Part shown: piece by piece, positions 40,233-49,575 of the stretch | Layout of the letters: each line of letters starts with the position of its first letter | Numbering within the stretch: position 1 is the stretch's first letter | DNA from: an uncultured Verrucomicrobiae bacterium | GTDB taxonomy: Bacteria > Verrucomicrobiota > Verrucomicrobiia > Chthoniobacterales > UBA10450 | DNA: 64,000 nucleotides | Assembly: GCA_963834385.1 (NCBI GenBank) | Contig: CAWIBO010000002.1 | Location: 768,001-832,000, forward strand | Direction of reading: 5' to 3' | The notes under the pieces: generated by a model | Database searches by the model: none | Seen by the model: the letters and a program-made list of their open reading frames with translations, nothing else | Told to the model about the DNA's origin: nothing | Translations under genes and position numbers: made by a program

Positions 40233-42317
40233 CTACTCGGCGGCGGCGCGCAGTGCGCCCACCCGGGCGAGGGCGAGCCGCGCCTCCTGCGTCCGGCCCA
40301 TCCGTTCCAGGATATCGGAAAGAATCAGGAGCTGACGCGGCTGATCCGGCTGCCGGGAAACGGCACGTTCCTGGAGACGACGGGCCTCCTCGAGCCGGTT
40401 CTGCCGCACTTTCATCCCCGCCATCAAATTCAAGGCCTGCACCTCGTGAATATCAAGGCGGCTGGCGTGCCGGAGTGCCTTCTCCGCCGCCGGAATATCA
40501 TCCTGTTCCGCGTAGACTCGACCCAGCGCGACCGCCGCTCCATAGTGCCACCAGTTTTTCCGGGCATACTCTTCCACCAGGCGGAGCGCCGCGTCGGGCC
40601 CCTCGGTCATCCGCACCACTTCGGCCTGAAAGCTGACCAGTTCCCAGATGCCGGGATAATCATGACGCGCCCGCTCGAGCACCGGAAGGGCGGCCCGCGG
40701 ATTCTCCTTGAAGCGAAGGTGAGCCAGGTTTAGCGCGGCAATCCAGGTGCGCGGATAATCCTTGCGCGCCTGTTCCGCCGCCTGGGCGGACTCGGCAAAA
40801 ATTTTCTCCGCCTCAGCCCGCTTGCCCTGGCGAAAAAGAACGTCAGCCAGGTTATTGCGCGCGATCGGATAACCGGGCAGAAGCTGGAGCACCTCCCGGT
40901 ACATTTTCTCGGCCCGGCCATACTCGCCGCGGGCGGCATAGATCTGGGCCAGGTTGACGGCCACGCGGGTGCTGCGGCCACCGGCGGCCAGTGTTCGCTG
41001 GTAAAATGTCTCCGGCGTGACCCAGTCGGTGCTGCGCACATAACTGCGCGCGCCGAATCCGGTCGCTGCGACCAGCGCCACCACCAGGGCGTGCCGGTGA
41101 TAACGCACCGGCAAATCGAGCGCGGCTCCGGCCAGGAAAAGAAGGAACCCGACACTGGGAAGATAAAGCCAGTGTTCCGCCACGCTGGCATTCAGATCGA
41201 CCACGTTCGAGATCGGGAAAAACGCGGCCAGAAACCAGACGACACCAAGGACGCGCAGGGAATGTCCGCGTCCGCGGCGGGCGCAGCCCCAGGCCGCGAG
41301 GCCGGCGCAGAGCAAACCGCCGAGCGAGAGATATTCGCTCCGGACCGAGCCGCGCCAGCTTTGGTGTCCCCGGTAGTTGGCCGGATCAACCACGGTGCGT
41401 TCCATGTGAAGATTGGCCGGGTAGAGCATGAGGCGGCCGTAATCGCCGAGCGCGCGGAAGACGAGCACGGCGCGGGTGGGCGCGGTCCAGCCGTGCGAAG
41501 CATTCTCGGCCGAACGGCTGCCGGGGAGTTGCCGGAGGCCAACGTAAGTTCCGAGCAGGAGAAGAGCGCAGGCCAAAACGGCCAGGCGGGTGCGCCATGA
41601 AATCTGCGGGCGCAAGAAGCAGGTGTGCACCGCGAAGATGATCACCCAAACGCAGGCGATCTCACGCGAGCAAAGGGCGAGGAGACCGCAGAGAAAGGCG
41701 GCCAGGTAACCCGCCAGGCGAAGTTCCCCACGGGCGCACGCGTTCGCCCGGAGAACGATGAGCCAGGCGGCGCTGCCAAAGAGAAAGGAAAGGCTGTCCG
41801 CCCGGCCCGAGATGTAATCGACCGCGGCGCTGTGCACTGGATGCACCAGCCAGAGCAGCGCGACCAGGAAGGCGACCAGGTCCGGCCCCGGGCCGGCCCC
41901 GGGCTCCGCCCCTGCGGGAACCAGCAGCTTCCGGAGCAGGGCGAAGAGGAGCAGGCCGCTGCCAAGGTGGAGCAGGACGTTGGTCAGGTGGAAACCGAAG
42001 GTGTTCGTGTTCCAGAGAAAGTAGTCGAGGACAAAGGAAGCGTTCTGCACCGGACGATAATGTCCGGAGAAGGAATCGAGGAAGAGATGATGGCGAAAGG
42101 CTTCCAGGAGCAGAAGCGGGCTCTTCATGAAGGGGTTGTCGCGGGCCAGATACTGGTCGTCCCAGAGCAGCTCGCCGGAGAGGGCGGGCAGGCGCACGAC
42201 AAAACCGCAGAAGGCGAGGAGAAGGCAGCGGCCCCAGAAGCTGCCGATGAGCCAGCGCAGGCCGGCCCGGAGGTCACGGGCGGATTTCGGGGAGGCGGAG
42301 GCGGGGTTGAGCGCCAT
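40233..42317 (-). CDS. TMTC-like GT-C fold membrane glycosyltransferase with C-terminal TPRs
   Basis: WDD, HYRP, FHLTNVLLH, HPVH..AVDYISGRAD, AEHWLYLPS and RSTDW followed by TPRs; about 10 hydrophobic segments. Confidence 0.8.
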   Translation of the reverse strand: MALNPASASPKSARDLRAGLRWLIGSFWGRCLLLAFCGFVVRLPALSGELLWDDQYLARDNPFMKSPLLLLEAFRHHLFLDSFSGHYRPVQNASFVLDYFLWNTNTFGFHLTNVLLHLGSGLLLFALLRKLLVPAGAEPGAGPGPDLVAFLVALLWLVHPVHSAAVDYISGRADSLSFLFGSAAWLIVLRANACARGELRLAGYLAAFLCGLLALCSREIACVWVIIFAVHTCFLRPQISWRTRLAVLACALLLLGTYVGLRQLPGSRSAENASHGWTAPTRAVLVFRALGDYGRLMLYPANLHMERTVVDPANYRGHQSWRGSVRSEYLSLGGLLCAGLAAWGCARRGRGHSLRVLGVVWFLAAFFPISNVVDLNASVAEHWLYLPSVGFLLFLAGAALDLPVRYHRHALVVALVAATGFGARSYVRSTDWVTPETFYQRTLAAGGRSTRVAVNLAQIYAARGEYGRAEKMYREVLQLLPGYPIARNNLADVLFRQGKRAEAEKIFAESAQAAEQARKDYPRTWIAALNLAHLRFKENPRAALPVLERARHDYPGIWELVSFQAEVVRMTEGPDAALRLVEEYARKNWWHYGAAVALGRVYAEQDDIPAAEKALRHASRLDIHEVQALNLMAGMKVRQNRLEEARRLQERAVSRQPDQPRQLLILSDILERMGRTQEARLALARVGALRAAAE

Positions 42318-42343
42318 GGGGTTGGAGAAGCTGCTAAACAGGA

Positions 42344-42373
42344 GAGCGTCCTTCCGCAGGCGAAAGGACGCTC
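42344..42373 (-). terminator. Stem-loop downstream of the third pilin (weak terminator or stabiliser)
   Basis: 10-bp stem gagcgtcctt/aaggacgctc; only a short interrupted U-tract on the minus strand. Confidence 0.45.
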
Positions 42374-42397
42374 CCCATTGTTCAGTTTACGAATCCC

Positions 42398-42799
42398 TTA
42401 CGGGGCGTAAGGCGACCAGAAACCGGTGTCGGCCACGTCGGAGAGAGCGGCGAAGGTATTCGCCGGCACTTTCGGAATGGAATCGACCGTCTGGTCTCCG
42501 TAGGTCTCGCCGAAGAGATCAGCTCCCGTCGCGAAGAGGACGCTGTCCTTCTTGACGTAGTTGGTCCAGTCGACCACGGCCACGGTGTCCCCGGTCTTTT
42601 TCCCGGTCTCGATGGCGTATTGGTCGACCGCGGAATCAATCATGCGCAGATCGTTCAGGACCTTGGAGGCCTGGGAACGTTTGCGGGCACGAAGAAACCC
42701 GGGCACCGCGATCGCCGCGAGCAGGGCGATGATCGCCACGACGATCATGATTTCCACCAGCGTAAAGCCGGCGCGTTTTTTGTTCAGTTTAGTCAACAT
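42398..42799 (-). CDS. Type IV pilin-like protein 3 (prepilin N-terminal cleavage/methylation domain)
   Basis: Class III signal KKRAG|FTLVEIMIVVAIIALLAAIAVP with G-1, F+1, E+5 and P+22. Confidence 0.92.
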   Translation of the reverse strand: MLTKLNKKRAGFTLVEIMIVVAIIALLAAIAVPGFLRARKRSQASKVLNDLRMIDSAVDQYAIETGKKTGDTVAVVDWTNYVKKDSVLFATGADLFGETYGDQTVDSIPKVPANTFAALSDVADTGFWSPYAP

Positions 42800-42922
42800 A
42801 GTGCGTTTTCTTTCTTGTTAGTTGTATTCCTGAGGTGCGAGCCGCCGGCTTTGTCTGTTCCTGTTCTCACAACTCACTCCCTGCCGGCGGAGCCCGCCGG
42901 CAGGCGTGTGAATCGTCAGTTC

Positions 42923-43327
42923 TTAGTGATGACCGTAGGGCGAGAAGAAGTCGGTGCCGGCCACGTCGGAAAGCGCGTTCCAGGCGCCCGCCGGAGCTTT
43001 CGGCAGCGAATCGACGCTCTGCGCGCCGTAGCTGTTTCCGAAGATGTCCTGGCCCGTCTCGTAAAGGGTCGTCCCCTTCTTCAGGTAGTTGGTCCAGTCA
43101 CCCACGGCCACGGTCGTGCCGGTGGTCTTGTTGGTCTCGATCGCATACTGGTCGACCGCGGAGTCGATCAAACGGAGATCGTTCAGGATACGGCTGGCCT
43201 GCGAACGCTTACGGGCCCGGAGGAAACCGGGGACCGCGATCGCTGCGAGCAGCGCGATGATCGCCACAACGATCATGATTTCAACGAGGGTGAAGCCCCC
43301 GCGCTTTTTGTTGAACTTGTTTAACAT
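42923..43327 (-). CDS. Type IV pilin-like protein 2
   Basis: KKRGG|FTLVEIMIVV; differs from pilin 1 at five residues. Confidence 0.92.
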   Translation of the reverse strand: MLNKFNKKRGGFTLVEIMIVVAIIALLAAIAVPGFLRARKRSQASRILNDLRLIDSAVDQYAIETNKTTGTTVAVGDWTNYLKKGTTLYETGQDIFGNSYGAQSVDSLPKAPAGAWNALSDVAGTDFFSPYGHH

Positions 43328-43451
43328 CTTCTTGGTCTTTCTAGGTTTGTTTGATGGCAGAGAAGCAAGTCCCCGAAGTTTTCCTCTTCGTGGGCTCACA
43401 ACTCACTCCCTGCCGGCGGAGCCCGCCGACAGGCGTGTGAATCGTCAGCTC

Positions 43452-43856
43452 TTAGAGGTGACCGTAGGGCGAGAAGAAGTCGGTGCCGGCCACGTCGGAG
43501 AGCGCGTTCCAGGCGCCCGCCGGAGCTTTCGGCAGCGAATCGACGCTCTGCGCGCCATAGCTGTTCCCGAAGAGGTCTTTGCCCGTCTCGTAGAGGGATG
43601 TCCCCTTCTTCAGGTAGTTGGTCCAGTCACCCACGGCGACCGTGTTGCCGGTGGTCTTGTTGGTCTCGATCGCATACTGGTCGACTGCGGAGTCGATCAG
43701 ACGGAGATCGTTCAGGATACGGCTGGCCTGCGAGCGTTTGCGGGCCCGGAGGAAACCGGGGACCGCGATCGCTGCGAGCAGCGCGATGATCGCCACAACG
43801 ATCATGATTTCAACGAGGGTGAAGCCCCCGCGCTTTTTGTTAAACTTGTTTAACAT
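43452..43856 (-). CDS. Type IV pilin-like protein 1
   Basis: KKRGG|FTLVEIMIVV; 123-aa mature protein with no Cys. Confidence 0.92.
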   Translation of the reverse strand: MLNKFNKKRGGFTLVEIMIVVAIIALLAAIAVPGFLRARKRSQASRILNDLRLIDSAVDQYAIETNKTTGNTVAVGDWTNYLKKGTSLYETGKDLFGNSYGAQSVDSLPKAPAGAWNALSDVAGTDFFSPYGHL

Positions 43857-43936
43857 TTTGATCTTACTTTCTGTATGTTTGCTTGGTTTGTTTGATTGCG
43901 ACCCGCGATACCCATCACGGATGTGGAGGTGTAGGA

Positions 43937-43953
43937 AGCAGGCGTGATGCCAA
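43937..43953 (-). promoter_or_regulatory. Putative sigma54 (-24/-12) promoter of the pilin array
   Basis: Minus strand reads TTGGCATCACGCCTGCT, with GG-N10-GC spacing, about 80 nt upstream of the pilin 1 ATG. Confidence 0.62.
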
Positions 43954-44071
43954 AGCGTCGGGTGATTACAATTTCTAGAAAACGCGTAAACCTCTGCGCC
44001 AGCGGGCCCCGGCTCGCGTCGTCCTTCCGTTTCCCTCGCCCCAGCCCTTTCCCCGTCTCCCCGTTTTCCCG

Positions 44072-45917
44072 GTGAATTTCCTCCGCCGTTTTTCCCGGCA
44101 TTCCCCCGGGCTCCCCCTTTATCTCTTTGCCGCCGTGCTGTGCCTGCGGCTTTTCGTCCTTTTGCGACTCACCGCCTCGCCCTTCCTCCTTCCACAAGGG
44201 GGCGACATGTTCTTCTACAACGAGTGGGCGCTCCGCATCGTCCGGGGCGCCTGGACCGATCATCTCGCTTTTTACGGGCTGCCCGGCTACCCCTGGCTCC
44301 TCGCCGGCCTTTATGGGCTCTTCGGTTATTCCCCTTTCCTGCCCGCCTTTCTCCAAGCCTGTCTCGAGGCGGGGACCGCAGTGCTCATCCTGAAACTGGC
44401 AGAAATCGTTTTCGCTCGAGAAGGTTCCGACCTCTTCCCGGCCCGCGTAATCGGGACCAGCGCCGCGGTCGGGTGGGCCTTCTTCGTTCCTGCCCAGGTC
44501 TACGCGGCCATCCTCATGCCCACCGCCTGGCTGGTCTTCGTCTTTTGGTTCGTGGTTTGGGCGGTTCTCCGGCGCCCGTATGCTCCCGGCTGGCCCGGCG
44601 CGGCCGCGCTCGGCCTGCTGATTGGTCTCACCGCCACCGGCGTCGCCACCATTCTTTTCCTTCTTCCGCTTCTCTTCGCCGCGCTTTTCTTCCGCGCGCG
44701 CCCGGGTGCCCGGGCGTGGCGACCGCTCGCGGCGGCCCTGGCCCTTGCGGCCGGGCTTCTCCTCGGCACCTCACCGGCCTGGGCCCACAATTATTTCGTG
44801 GCGCGCGACCCGGTTTTCCTTTCCGCGCACAGCGGGATCAATTTCTGGATCGGCAACAATCCGGAGGCCAGCGGTTACCCGCGGTTCCCGCCCGGTCTCC
44901 GCGCCGGCCAGGCGGCCATGCTGCAGGACTCGATCAGCGCCGCCGAGACCGCGGCGGGACGTCCTCTCCGGCGTTCGGAAGTTTCACGCTACTGGTCGGC
45001 CAGGGCCAGGGAATACATCCAGGCCGAGCCGGGGGCGTTTCTGCGGCTGCTCGGGCGCAAGATCCTCAATTTCTGGAGCGCCTTTCAATATGATGATCTT
45101 AGCATCATCACCAGTTTCCGGGAGAACGGCATCGTTTGGCCGGGACCGGCCTTTGGCCTTGTGGCCATCCTGGCCTGGCCCGGAATGGTTCATGGCCCTG
45201 CGGGCGTTCCCGCGTTCGCGCTGGATCATGGCCGCGGTTCTTTTGCACCTCGCGGCGCTCCTCCCGGTCTTCGTGACCGAACGCTACCGGCTCGCCGCCG
45301 TGCCCGGCCTGCTGCTTTTCGCCGCGGCCGGGCTTTTTCTTCTTTGGCAGAGCATGGTGCAGCGCTCCTGGGCGCGCGCGGCGGTTTATCTTGGCGTTCT
45401 CTTTGCCGCTACCGCGCTCCTGGCGCGTGCGCCCCGCGAGCCTTCGCTCTGGGCGCTCGACGCCTATAATTCCGGATGGCAGGCGCTCGCGGCCGGCAAC
45501 CTTCCCCTTGCGGAAACGAAACTGGAACGCGCCCTCGCCTATGTGCCCGACAACGCGGAATCAAACTTTGCCCTCGGCAATCTCCGGCATGCCCAGGGAA
45601 ACCGCGCCGCCGCGCGCGCCCGCTACCAGGAAACCCTCTTGCTTGAGCCCCGGCACAAAGGCGCGCTGAACAACCTTGGGCTGCTTGCCCTTGATGAAAA
45701 CAGACCCGGCGAAGCCGCGGACTTTTTCGAGCAGGCCCTGGCGGTCGCTCCGCTGGAACCCAAAAGCCATTACCTGCTCGCACAGGCCCGCCTCGCGCTC
45801 GGAGATTTCGACGGGGCCCGGGCCGCGCTTACGCGGGCGCAGGCGCTGCGATCGCTCCCTGAATTCGAGACGCTCGCGCGCGAGATCGACGAACGATCAG
45901 GGAACGGCCGGCGCTGA
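44072..45917 (+). CDS. GT-C fold (ArnT/PMT-like) membrane glycosyltransferase with C-terminal TPRs (apparent +1 frameshift near 45190)
   Basis: TM1 followed by GDMFFYNEWA..PGYPWLLAGLY; many TMs; GINFWIGNNP; ERYRL; TPRs (NFALGNL, LNNLGLL) in ORF 44622..45917. Confidence 0.75.
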
Positions 45918-47435
45918 GACCGGGGCTTGGTCCAGCTTCCCGCCCTTGCGCGCCAGCACCACGAAGTGCCCCTCGGGCGTGGCGCGGATGAAGCGGTAAT
46001 GGGCGTTGCACCAAAGGACGAATGGATGGTCGGGCGGAGTAAAGGCGCGGGCCTTGGCCTCCAGAATGATCACTTCCGGACGCGCGCGTTGCAGTTCGCG
46101 TAGCAGACGCCCGGTGAGCGGACGAATCAGCGGTCCCAGCAGGACTGGATAATTGAAAATCACGCCGGAAGGCGGGGTGCGCCGGGTTTCAAAGTAAAAC
46201 CCGGTTTCGTTGCCCCATTCATAAAGGAACGCGTCCTCCGGGAGGGACGCGTCCAGTTGCCGCGCGAGATCCCGCGCCTCGTTGAAAATGTTGCCATACT
46301 TGAGCCGGGACCATTCGCGGGCGGGCAGGCGATAGAGGGGCGCTTCCAGGAAGAGCAGGGCGACAAGCAGCCCGGCCGTGGCTAGATGGCGCGGACCGAC
46401 GGGAAACTTTCCCCGGCCCGGGAGACCGGCCACGGCCAGGGCGGCCCCGATGGCCAGGAGCGGCAGCCAGAGCTGAAAATAATGAGGAAAGAACTTACCG
46501 GTCGCGGCCACGGCCAGATAGGTCGAACCCGCCCAGCTCAGGAGAAGAAGACCGCTGCGAAATTCGCGCCGGATAAAGGCGGCGACGAGACCAAGCAAAC
46601 TGAAGGCGCCGAGCAGGCCGAGGAGAAGCAAGGCGCCCAGCGGCAGCTCGGCCCGCCAGGCCTGCTGGATGTTGTGCAGGATATTGCCCGAATAAGCCCG
46701 GTTATAGGTAAAGACCGCCTCGATAAACGGAGCAAGACGCCCGGTGATCGCGAAATAGCCGAAGATGAAGATCCAGGCGAGCAGCCCGGCTGACCCAATC
46801 ACGATCAGGCCGAGGAGGAAACGCCCCGGCCGCCGGGGGAACGACAGGAGGCACCAGGTAATCCCCATGAGCACGGCATGGATGACCACGATCTGCTTGT
46901 AGAGCGAGGCGATGGCGAAAAGGGCCCCGACCGCGAAAAACCGGCGCCAGCCGGGCGGATGAGCGTGCCGGCTCACCATGAGGGCAAAGGCGAAGGTCAG
47001 GAAACCGTTGAGGAAAAGTTCCGTGTTGGGCTGGTTGCCTTCGAGCCAAAGATCACCGCTGGCCAGGGTCCAGATCGCGGCGGCCAGGAGCCCCGCGCTC
47101 CGGCTGCCGGAAGCCGAGGCCGCGGCGCGGTAACAGCCGAGGAGGACGATGACGCCGAAGCCGACATTGAGCAGGTAGATGGAAGCTGGTCCGTAGCTGG
47201 AGAAGATCTCCGCCGCGGCAAAAGTGGCGTGCAGAATGGGCGGCTTATGGTCCCAAAGATCGGTGTAAAGCTGGCGGCCCTGGAGTAGCTCATGCGCGAT
47301 CACCGCATAGGTGGTGATGTCGCGTTCGAGCGCTTCGCCATAGGTATGAGCGCGCAGCGCGGCCAGTACCGCCGCCAGCGCGAGCAGGGCCACCAGCAGG
47401 CTGCGCTCCCGCTGCGCCCATTCCCACACCCGCAC
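45897..47435 (-). CDS. GT-C fold (ArnT/PMT-like) membrane glycosyltransferase
   Basis: ERDITTY..LYTDLWDHKPP, NTELF, KQ and FPHY; multiple TMs and a soluble C-terminal domain. Confidence 0.78.
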   Translation of the reverse strand: MRVWEWAQRERSLLVALLALAAVLAALRAHTYGEALERDITTYAVIAHELLQGRQLYTDLWDHKPPILHATFAAAEIFSSYGPASIYLLNVGFGVIVLLGCYRAAASASGSRSAGLLAAAIWTLASGDLWLEGNQPNTELFLNGFLTFAFALMVSRHAHPPGWRRFFAVGALFAIASLYKQIVVIHAVLMGITWCLLSFPRRPGRFLLGLIVIGSAGLLAWIFIFGYFAITGRLAPFIEAVFTYNRAYSGNILHNIQQAWRAELPLGALLLLGLLGAFSLLGLVAAFIRREFRSGLLLLSWAGSTYLAVAATGKFFPHYFQLWLPLLAIGAALAVAGLPGRGKFPVGPRHLATAGLLVALLFLEAPLYRLPAREWSRLKYGNIFNEARDLARQLDASLPEDAFLYEWGNETGFYFETRRTPPSGVIFNYPVLLGPLIRPLTGRLLRELQRARPEVIILEAKARAFTPPDHPFVLWCNAHYRFIRATPEGHFVVLARKGGKLDQAPVSAPAVP

Positions 47436-47457
47436 GGAAAAGATGGAAGGAGCGGCT

Positions 47458-48219
47458 TTAATGCGCTCCAGCCTGCGCCGGGCGCGTGTTCGTCACCAGC
47501 CAATTTTCGCGGGCGCGCACCCGGGAAAAATCGCGCAGCATGTGGAAACCCATCCGCGCGATCTTGCGAAAGTTGATGCTGTTTTCGCCGCCCTGGCGCG
47601 CGCGGAAATGGATCGGGTGATGGATCCAGCGCAGGCGCGGTTGCTGCGAGAGGGCGTAGGTCACGGCGATGTTTTGAATATCGAAATCGGGCGGAACCAC
47701 CTCGAGCGCGCGGGCCAGGACCGTTCCCCGCATCAGGCGATAAGGCACGTTGGCGTCGCGCATCCAGGTGCCGGTGGCGAGAAAAAGCAGGGCACGACAT
47801 CCGCGTGAGACGATCAACCGGCCCAGGCCGTCGCCGCGCGACCGGCGAAAGCCGAAAACGCAATCGCTGTCCTGCCGGGCTTCCCACATGTCCGCAAAAT
47901 ACGCCGGGTCGCATTGCCCGTCGGAGTCGAGCTGGAAGATCCATTTTGCGCCCGCGGCCACTGCCAGGTCGTAGCCTTGGCGGCAAGTGCGGCCATGGCC
48001 GGAGTTGGATTTGTGCACCACCTGCAGACGCGCGCCGAACCGTGCCGCCAGTTCGTCCAGGACCGGCCCGGTCGCATCACGCGAGCCATCGTTCAGGGTA
48101 ATGAGCTGGAAATCCGGGCAGGCCTTTCCCAGACATTCCATCCACTCGGTAACAACGGAGGCAATGTTGGCCTCCTCGTTGTAGACGGGCATGACCGCGA
48201 CCAGCCGGGGTGAATTCAT
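47458..48219 (-). CDS. GT2 glycosyltransferase, DPM1-like
   Basis: Motifs MPVYNEEANI, NDGSRDAT, NSGHG, QLDSDGQ and DANVPYRLM. Confidence 0.88.
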   Translation of the reverse strand: MNSPRLVAVMPVYNEEANIASVVTEWMECLGKACPDFQLITLNDGSRDATGPVLDELAARFGARLQVVHKSNSGHGRTCRQGYDLAVAAGAKWIFQLDSDGQCDPAYFADMWEARQDSDCVFGFRRSRGDGLGRLIVSRGCRALLFLATGTWMRDANVPYRLMRGTVLARALEVVPPDFDIQNIAVTYALSQQPRLRWIHHPIHFRARQGGENSINFRKIARMGFHMLRDFSRVRARENWLVTNTRPAQAGAH

Positions 48220-48304
48220 CCCCCACGGCAGAGCAGGAACTTTGCCGCCGCGGGACGCAGGCGCGCCATTGTTTTTCCCGCCCGCCTGCGACAGGCTAGC
48301 GGGC

Positions 48305-49567
48305 ATGTCACCCGTCTCCTCGCGTTCCCTGACCGCCGCCCTGGCCCTGGTTCTCGTTCTTGGGTTTTTTCTGCGATTGCCTCCCGGTCTTTTCCACAGC
48401 CCCGACGCGCCCCTGTCCGCAATCGAGTTTCTGCATCCCGAGCCGAAGTGGGACCGGCTTGGCTTCGATGAAGGCCTTTACCGCAATTATGTCGAGAGCG
48501 TGATCAAGGTCGGGCTCGGGAACTATCCTTCGATCGTCGATCGTTACATCGAGGTGCAGAAGACCCTCACCGGCTCCATCCTGCCGCCGCTGCGCTTCCT
48601 TTACATCGGCACCTCCTATCTCTGGCATTGTCTCTTCGGCACCGATGCCATGGCGTCACTGAATGCGGTCGCTTCGTTCTTCAGCATGCTTACCCTGCTG
48701 CTCTCGACCGTTTTCGCGTGGCGGCTCAAGGGCGAACGCTTTGCCCTCGGGATCGCCCTGCTCGTGGCGGTGGCGCCCACCCAGCTCCACATGTCGCAGC
48801 ATGCCCTGGTGGACGGTTTCTTCACCTTCTGGGCCCTGCTCGTTCTCTGGCTTCTCTGGGAAAATCTGCAGAACCCCCGCCGGCTCCCGTTCCTCGCGGG
48901 CTACACCGTGGCGCTTTCCCTGCTCGTCCTGACCAAGGAAAACTCATTCTTTGTCTTTGTTGCGCTCTGCGTCTTGCTCCTGACCAATCGCTGGCTTCGT
49001 TTCGGCACCGTCACACGCGAGCTGCTCGTCGCCACTTTCCTCGGTCCCCTCCTCGGCGTGGTCATCCTCGTTTTCCTCGCCGGCGGCCTGGAGACCATGC
49101 GCGCCAGCTACACCCTTTCCGTCGGCAAAAATTATCACCTGCAATACGCCCTCCTCACCGGAGACGGTCCCTGGCACCGTTACCTCGTTGATCTCATGCT
49201 GGTCAGTCCGGTCGTTGTCCTCCTGGCCGTGGCCGCGATCTTCCGGCTGCGGCGCGAGCAAAAGCCGGAGCTTTATCTCACCGTCTTCGTCGCCACCAGC
49301 TACCTGATCATGTGCAACCTGCGTTACGCCATGAACCTGCGTTATGCCAACATGTGGGATTTCCCTCTGCGCCTTCTTGCCCTGGGCCTGATCGCCGCGC
49401 TTTGTTCCGCCCTGCCGCGCGGCCGCGTCGTCGCCCTGGTCGTCGCAGTCCTTGGTCTCGCGGCGCTCGAGTTCCGCCAGTACACCATTCTGTTCGTCGA
49501 TTATCCGCTCTACGAACTCGTCACCGAAGGATTGCTCCGGGCCCAGAACATCCTCAAAACACGCTGA
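48305..49567 (+). CDS. GT-C fold (family 39-like) membrane glycosyltransferase
   Basis: FFLRL..GFDEGLY, LPPL, ALVDGF and LTKE; about 10 TMs. Confidence 0.75.
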   Translation: MSPVSSRSLTAALALVLVLGFFLRLPPGLFHSPDAPLSAIEFLHPEPKWDRLGFDEGLYRNYVESVIKVGLGNYPSIVDRYIEVQKTLTGSILPPLRFLYIGTSYLWHCLFGTDAMASLNAVASFFSMLTLLLSTVFAWRLKGERFALGIALLVAVAPTQLHMSQHALVDGFFTFWALLVLWLLWENLQNPRRLPFLAGYTVALSLLVLTKENSFFVFVALCVLLLTNRWLRFGTVTRELLVATFLGPLLGVVILVFLAGGLETMRASYTLSVGKNYHLQYALLTGDGPWHRYLVDLMLVSPVVVLLAVAAIFRLRREQKPELYLTVFVATSYLIMCNLRYAMNLRYANMWDFPLRLLALGLIAALCSALPRGRVVALVVAVLGLAALEFRQYTILFVDYPLYELVTEGLLRAQNILKTR

Positions 49568-49575
49568 CGCCGCCT

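Larger units (their letters stand above)
42866..43856. repeat. Direct duplication of a pilin gene plus its 3' hairpin (42866-43327 and 43395-43856)
   Basis: Near-identical 462-nt units with a 529-nt period, including ctcacaactcactccctgccggcggagcccgccg(g/a)caggcgtgtgaatcgtcag. Confidence 0.92.

Noticed and set aside
42866..43449. CRISPR array or integron attC-like cassette array
   Set aside because: There are only two copies, and they were duplicated along with the pilin gene. No spacers, cas genes or integrase are present.
42398..43856. Electrically conductive (e-pilin) interpretation
   Set aside because: About 10% aromatic residues, with F1, F24 and Y50, but position 27 is Ala and no cytochromes are nearby; the criterion itself is weak.
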